A DNA stretch of 27,920 nt, from assembly GCA_011051745.1 (NCBI GenBank), contig DRKO01000280.1:1-27920 (forward strand). The letters run 5' to 3'. Made by a program: the position numbers and the translations under genes. The notes below the pieces were generated by a model. The model saw nothing but the letters and a program-made list of their open reading frames with translations, was not told the DNA's origin and ran no database searches. Of this stretch, positions 23,397 through 27,920 are shown in pieces (position 1 is the stretch's first letter; each line of letters begins with the position of its first letter). Source of the stretch: Chloroflexota bacterium. Its GTDB lineage: Bacteria; Chloroflexota; Anaerolineae; Aggregatilineales; UBA3940.

Positions 23397-24395
23397 TCAC
23401 TGGCGGATCGCCCCGAAGGTCACGCCGCGCAGCAGATACCGGCGCAGGGCAAAGGTGACGATGACAACCGGAATCAGGAAGCCCAGGCTACCGGCTGCGA
23501 TGGCTGACCACTCAATACCTCCGCGCCCCAGCATCGTCGCAATACTGGGCGGTGCCGTGCGGGCGCGCTCACTGGTCAGCATGAGCGCGAAAGCGTACTC
23601 GTTCCAGGCGAAGATCAGCGAGAAAACGGTCGTCGCCGCGACACCGGTCAACGCCTGTGGCAATACGATCTTGAAGAACGCCTGAAGACGAGTGTACCCG
23701 TCCACCAGCGCTGCCTCCTCGTACTCGCGGGGGATTTCGTCTATGAACCCTTTGAGCAGCCAGACGGACAGCGAGAGGTTGAAGACGGTGTACAGCAGGA
23801 TCATCCCCAGGTGGGTGTCGTGTAATTTCAACTGCCGGTACATCAGGAACAGCGGGATAGTGACCACCACAGCAGGCAGCATACGGGTGCTCAGGATGAA
23901 GAAGAGCAGATCGCCTTTTCCGGGTACGTCAAAGCGGCTGAAGGCATAGGCCGCCAGCAGCCCCAGCCCGACGGATACGATGGTGGACACTCCGGCGATG
24001 ATGGCGGAGTTCTTCAGGCGGAAAACGTAATCGCTCGGCCCCGTGATCTCCTGCCCGTTCTCCAGCGCGATGCGTTGCATCCAGTTCAGTTCGTCAATGT
24101 GGGCCTGTGCTTCCGCCAGGCGATCCTGCGTCAGGACGGCGCGCTCGGTCAGCAGGTAGACAAAGCCTTCCAGCGTGGGCTTGAAGACCAGCTTGGGCGG
24201 CACGGCGACCACGTCCGCGCGTGATTTGAAGGCCGTGATCCCCATCACGAACACCGGAATCAGGCCGATAAAAGTCACAATAATGACGATCAACGCCCGG
24301 ACGGTGCGCGTCAACCGCGAGCGCGGGCTGACCTTGTCTACCCGGATCGCCTCGGTAACCGGGGCCTGGGGGCCGGTCTCAACAAAACTTGCCAT
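23397..24395 (-). CDS. Carbohydrate ABC transporter permease (MalG-like), 332 aa
   Basis: EAA motif IPREYEEAALVDG, AWNEY, and six TM segments. Confidence 0.92.
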   Translation of the reverse strand: MASFVETGPQAPVTEAIRVDKVSPRSRLTRTVRALIVIIVTFIGLIPVFVMGITAFKSRADVVAVPPKLVFKPTLEGFVYLLTERAVLTQDRLAEAQAHIDELNWMQRIALENGQEITGPSDYVFRLKNSAIIAGVSTIVSVGLGLLAAYAFSRFDVPGKGDLLFFILSTRMLPAVVVTIPLFLMYRQLKLHDTHLGMILLYTVFNLSLSVWLLKGFIDEIPREYEEAALVDGYTRLQAFFKIVLPQALTGVAATTVFSLIFAWNEYAFALMLTSERARTAPPSIATMLGRGGIEWSAIAAGSLGFLIPVVIVTFALRRYLLRGVTFGAIRQ

Positions 24396-24399
24396 CGTT

Positions 24400-25359
24400 T
24401 TAGCCCTCCCCCCTCATCTGGTTGAGGTACTTGATATACAGGTTGCTGACCGCAATAATGATGATGAGGATGATATACGCCAGCGCACTGGAGCGACCGG
24501 TCCGCCACTGTCCGAGGAAGGCCTGTCGGTACAGATTGACGGCGATCAGTTCGGTTTGCGTTCCCGGCCCGCCGCCGGTCATCCCCATCACCAGGTCAAA
24601 GGACTTGAAGGCCTCGATGGTGCGGAACAGGATGGCGATCAGCAGCAGGGGCGCAACCTGCGGCAGCGTGATCCGCCAGAACTGGAACCACGAGCTGGCG
24701 CGGTCAATGACGGCGGCCTCATACAGGTACTCCGGGATTGCGTTCAGGCCGGAGAGCACCAGCAGCATCACAAACGGGCTCCACATCCACACGTCCACGA
24801 TCACGACGGCCCACAGCGCCAGCCCCGGTACGGCCTGTCCCCCCCAGCGACTCCCCAGCCAGTCCGGCGCGGTGGCCGGATTGGTGAAGCCCAGCAAATA
24901 GTTGAAGTAGCCGAAGGTGGGGTTGTACATCAGCTTCCAGAACAGCCCGACCACAACGGGTGAGATCATCATCGGGACCAGAATCAGGGTTGTGATGACG
25001 CCGCTCCCCTTGAACTTCTCGCGGACGAGCATCGCCAGCCCGAAGCCCAGCAGGGTCTGGAGGCCGACCGAGGCCACCGCGTAGCGGCCTGTGGTGGCGA
25101 AGTACTCCCATAGCTGCTCATCGTTCAGGATGCTGCGGAAGTTCTCGAACCCGACCCACACGGGGGCCTGGCGGGCGATTGCGGAGTAGTCGGTGAAGCC
25201 CAGATACAGGCTGTAGAACAGGGGAAAGACGTTGAAGGCGATCAACAAGATCAGCGTCGGCCAGATGAAGATGTTCTGGATGGCTCGATCACTGAGATGG
25301 CGGTGGGACTGCAACCGTGTGTCGGCTCCCGTCGCGGTTGCCTGTTTTACGGAGGACAT
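24400..25359 (-). CDS. Carbohydrate ABC transporter permease (MalF-like), 319 aa
   Basis: EAA motif IPEYLYEAAVID, FVGFENF-like VGFENF, and TGGGPG. ATG at 25359 is preferred over TTG at 25383. Confidence 0.92.
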   Translation of the reverse strand: MSSVKQATATGADTRLQSHRHLSDRAIQNIFIWPTLILLIAFNVFPLFYSLYLGFTDYSAIARQAPVWVGFENFRSILNDEQLWEYFATTGRYAVASVGLQTLLGFGLAMLVREKFKGSGVITTLILVPMMISPVVVGLFWKLMYNPTFGYFNYLLGFTNPATAPDWLGSRWGGQAVPGLALWAVVIVDVWMWSPFVMLLVLSGLNAIPEYLYEAAVIDRASSWFQFWRITLPQVAPLLLIAILFRTIEAFKSFDLVMGMTGGGPGTQTELIAVNLYRQAFLGQWRTGRSSALAYIILIIIIAVSNLYIKYLNQMRGEG

Positions 25360-25386
25360 AGTACGGTCTCTTTCCCTTCTCAACAG

Positions 25387-25415
25387 GGGGAGGCGGCGCT
25401 TCCTGCCGCCTCCCC
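25387..25415. other. 11-bp stem-loop between the SBP and first permease genes (probable mRNA stabiliser/attenuator)
   Basis: GGGGAGGCGGC-gcttcct-GCCGCCTCCCC, a perfect stem with no U-tract. Confidence 0.65.
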
Positions 25416-25442
25416 GGGTGGCCGTAAGCGAGGTGTAGAGGT

Positions 25443-26828
25443 CTACTCCTCGATCAGGCCAGCTTCCCTCAGGATACGATCGTGCTCTTCGGCGATGTTG
25501 TTCATCGCCTCCTCAGCCGTGCCAACGCCCTCGACGACGAACTGGTGCAGCTCACGCTGAGTGACTTCGAGCAGTTCGCCGTAAACCGGCACATTCCAGA
25601 AGTCCTTGACGATGTTCATCGTCTCGGCGAAGGCCGGGTTGAACGGCGTCGCGTTCAGGAACTCCTCGGTCTGGAGCACGTTCTTGTTGCAGGTGTAGCC
25701 ACCAAGCCGTGCCCACTCCGCCTGAATCTCCTCCTGGGCGAACCAGCGGATGAAGTCCTTGGCCGCTTCCTGACGCTCCGGGCTGATGTAGGAGATGATG
25801 CTCATGCCCTGGCCTCCGAGGGCCGCGTGCTGATCCCCGTAAGGCCCGGCGGGGTTGACGAAGTAGCCGGTGACATCCGCGTAGGGGTTGATGGAGGGGT
25901 TCGCCAGCGCGGGGAAGAAGGCGAAGTAGTTCATGATCATCACGGCCTGGCCGCTGATCAGCGCGTCGTTGGTCTCGGAGAAGAAGGCGTTGCTCAGGCC
26001 GGGAACCTGGCAGCACTCGTACAGGTCGCGATAGAACTGGACGGCCTCGATCGAGCGGTCAGAGTTCACCACGCCCAGAACGTTGTTGTTCTCGTCCTTC
26101 CAGTCGGCGCCCCAGCTAAACATGGTGTTCTCGACGCCCATTGTGATGGCGTCGTAGTCCTTCTGAGTGTAGATGGCGACGCCGTAGAGGCCCTCGTCAG
26201 GCCGGGTGAAGAATTCGGCGATGTCCATGAGCTGGTCATAGGTCTCCGGCACAGCCAGAGGATAGCCGTACTCCTCCTCGAAGGCCGCCATCTCGTCGGG
26301 GTCCTCGAACAGATCGCGACGGTATGCCCAGCCGTCCGCGTCGCCCTCGGTCGGGAAGGCCCAGTAACGCCCGGAGCCAGTCGGATACTCGCCGTAGTAG
26401 GTCAGAGTGGCCTCGGTCACCGTGTCGGCGATGCCCTCACCAACCAGGAAGTCGGTCAGTTCGACATAGTGGCCCTGAGTTGCGCCCTGGCCCAGCCACT
26501 GGCTATCGCCAATGACCATGTCCCAGGCGTCACCACCGGCTGCCATCTCGGCAAAGAAGCGATCACCAAAGGTGCCCCACGGCTCCTGGATGATGTTCAC
26601 CTTGATGCCGGTCTCTTCCTCGTACATGTTGCCGATCTGCTGCAGGTAGTCGGCGGGGTCCCACTGAGCCCACAGGATATTCAGCTCAGTGACAGCAGGA
26701 GCGGCTTCCTCGCCTCCCTCAGCGGGCGCGGCCTCTTCTCCGCCGCCGGTCTCTGCTGCTCCGCCACAGGCCACCAGCGCCATCATGGCAACGACGAGCA
26801 CCAGGAGATAGGTCACTTTCTTCAGCAT
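25443..26828 (-). CDS. CUT1 ABC transporter extracellular solute-binding lipoprotein, 461 aa
   Basis: Signal peptide with lipobox LVAC and an acidic GGEEAAPA x2 linker. SBP_bac_1-type body (WAQWDPADYLQ, GDSQWLG, EGDADGWAYRRDLF, AALGGQG). SD GAGGAGG upstream. Confidence 0.93.
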   Translation of the reverse strand: MLKKVTYLLVLVVAMMALVACGGAAETGGGEEAAPAEGGEEAAPAVTELNILWAQWDPADYLQQIGNMYEEETGIKVNIIQEPWGTFGDRFFAEMAAGGDAWDMVIGDSQWLGQGATQGHYVELTDFLVGEGIADTVTEATLTYYGEYPTGSGRYWAFPTEGDADGWAYRRDLFEDPDEMAAFEEEYGYPLAVPETYDQLMDIAEFFTRPDEGLYGVAIYTQKDYDAITMGVENTMFSWGADWKDENNNVLGVVNSDRSIEAVQFYRDLYECCQVPGLSNAFFSETNDALISGQAVMIMNYFAFFPALANPSINPYADVTGYFVNPAGPYGDQHAALGGQGMSIISYISPERQEAAKDFIRWFAQEEIQAEWARLGGYTCNKNVLQTEEFLNATPFNPAFAETMNIVKDFWNVPVYGELLEVTQRELHQFVVEGVGTAEEAMNNIAEEHDRILREAGLIEE

Positions 26829-26916
26829 CTTCTTACTTCCTCCTCTGCTGGGAGACTATTAAACGTCGCTTGAACCCGATTTCGCTCTACGTGGTGAATG
26901 TGCTCTTGCTGGATAG

Positions 26917-26926
26917 TCACCTCCTT
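26917..26926 (-). promoter_or_regulatory. Perfect 10-nt Shine-Dalgarno sequence (AAGGAGGTGA) with no canonical start codon, 89 nt upstream of the SBP ATG
   Basis: Plus strand TCACCTCCTT. The downstream sequence is CTATCCAGCAAG, with no ATG, GTG or TTG at usable spacing. Confidence 0.6.
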
Positions 26927-26976
26927 CCTTTGGGATATGAAGATCGTTCGGCCCAGAGAACCTGGGAAATAAGCTG

Positions 26977-27920
26977 TTACCCCATCCGGGGAGCCATGTT
27001 GGCGGGCTGGGAGAGGATCGCCTGCCAGACGGTAGCCACGCCGCCCATCACGCAGGCGTCGGAGCCGTGCCGGGCCAGCACGACGCGGACCGCCTCGGCG
27101 TTCCACTTCAGCGCCCGGTGCTTCATCTCCTCTTCCACAGCCGGTAGCAGGAAGTCAGCCGCCAGGCTGAGCATCCCGCCGAAAACAACCAGTTCAGGGT
27201 TCAAGGCGTTCACCAGTGAGGCGATTCCGATGCCCAGATAGTGCCCCACCTGGTTCAGAACATCCAGGGTGACGGGGTCCCCCTGACGGGCCGCCTCCAC
27301 AACGTGCGGGATGGTCAACCGATCCAGGTCGCCGTTGAGCATTTCGGTGAGGATGCTGGAGCGGCCACTTTCGATAGCACGGCGTATAGAACGAAAAACT
27401 GCGGATTGACTGACGAGAGTTTCCCAGCACCCCCGATTTCCGCAGTTACAGAGTTCCCCATCCGGCTTGAGCGTCATGTGCCCGAACTCCCCGGCGAAGC
27501 CCGTGCGGCCCTTGAACAGAACGCCGTTCCGCACGATGGCTCCTCCGAGGCCGACCTCGACGCTGATATACAGCACATCGTCACAGCCCTGCGCGGAGCC
27601 GAAATAATACTCGCCCAGGGCGGCCATGTTGGCTTCGTTATCCACGAAGACGGGAGCCGTACAAACCTCCTGAACGATGGCGCGCATCGGCACGTCCCGC
27701 CAGCCCAAGTTGGGGGCGAAGAGCAACGTCCCGTTTGACTCATCCACCAGGCCGGGGACGCCCACCGCCACCCCCAGAAGCGGCCCTTCGTTCCCCTTTG
27801 GACGGGCAGCCTCACAGATCAGGTTCAGCAGACGGGTGATGATCGCGTCCTGGCTGCTGTGGCGGATGCTCTCCCGATGCCGCCAGACGACCTCGGCAGC
27901 GAAGTTGGCCCGGATGACCG
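26977..27920 (-). CDS. ROK-family protein, probably an XylR/NagC-type repressor; 5' part outside the window
   Basis: The frame is open to the window edge (VIRANFAAEVV...LLGVAVGVPGLVD). Motifs FAPNLGW, DNEANMAALGE, and the Zn motif GEFGHM...CNCGNRGCWE. The HTH is not visible, so a ROK kinase is not excluded. Confidence 0.8.
   Translation of the reverse strand, partial: VIRANFAAEVVWRHRESIRHSSQDAIITRLLNLICEAARPKGNEGPLLGVAVGVPGLVDESNGTLLFAPNLGWRDVPMRAIVQEVCTAPVFVDNEANMAALGEYYFGSAQGCDDVLYISVEVGLGGAIVRNGVLFKGRTGFAGEFGHMTLKPDGELCNCGNRGCWETLVSQSAVFRSIRRAIESGRSSILTEMLNGDLDRLTIPHVVEAARQGDPVTLDVLNQVGHYLGIGIASLVNALNPELVVFGGMLSLAADFLLPAVEEEMKHRALKWNAEAVRVVLARHGSDACVMGGVATVWQAILSQPANMAPRMG

Noticed and set aside
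1349-25383. ORF-track start positions 2188, 3169, 4418, 6825, 10852, 16906, 17693, 19015 and 25383
   Set aside because: Downstream ATGs have better SD spacing and remove low-complexity or overlapping N-terminal extensions.
26695-26745. GGEEAAPA tandem repeat in the SBP
   Set aside because: This is an ordinary flexible linker after the lipid-anchored Cys, and the codons differ between copies.
3087-26873. Long plus-strand ORFs (e.g. 3087-4328, 6597-7922, 14002-15540, 22222-23169, 25482-26873)
   Set aside because: They are antisense shadows of well-supported minus-strand genes, common in GC-rich DNA. They show no family motifs or convincing SD sequences.
1-27920. CRISPR arrays, rRNA/tRNA genes, transposases, integrases, frameshifted pseudogenes
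   Set aside because: I saw no regularly spaced repeats, RNA-gene signatures or recombinase motifs. All internal genes appear full length, and the two partial genes are cut only by the window edges.

Overview
GC-rich bacterial DNA carrying 24 protein-coding genes, all on the minus strand, so transcription runs from the window end towards base 1. The host is probably Chloroflexota/Anaerolineae-like; this is inferred from lipoprotein style and gene content only. I found no rRNA, tRNA, CRISPR array or mobile element. In transcription order: (1) a ROK-family protein (5'-truncated) and a CUT1 ABC importer (lipoprotein SBP, 2 permeases, 2 ATPases); (2) a ketose 3-epimerase, an IolE/hydratase-like TIM barrel, a levoglucosan-dehydrogenase-like Gfo/Idh/MocA enzyme and a 4-TM orphan; (3) canonical xylA-xylB; (4) a PfkB kinase, class I aldolase, second Gfo/Idh/MocA enzyme and a divergent xylose-isomerase paralogue with a changed metal ligand; (5) a MocR regulator followed by an ADPS-like flavoprotein, an Fe-S protein with degenerate CCG domains, a TM0416-like epimerase, a Tm-1-like (UPF0261) protein, a creatininase-family hydrolase and a TSUP permease; (6) a WD40 lipoprotein (3'-truncated). 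Blocks 4 and 5 look like complete catabolic modules that I cannot match to a characterised pathway, and are the best candidates for a new system. Family comparisons come from remembered motifs; no database search was run, and all substrate assignments are inference.
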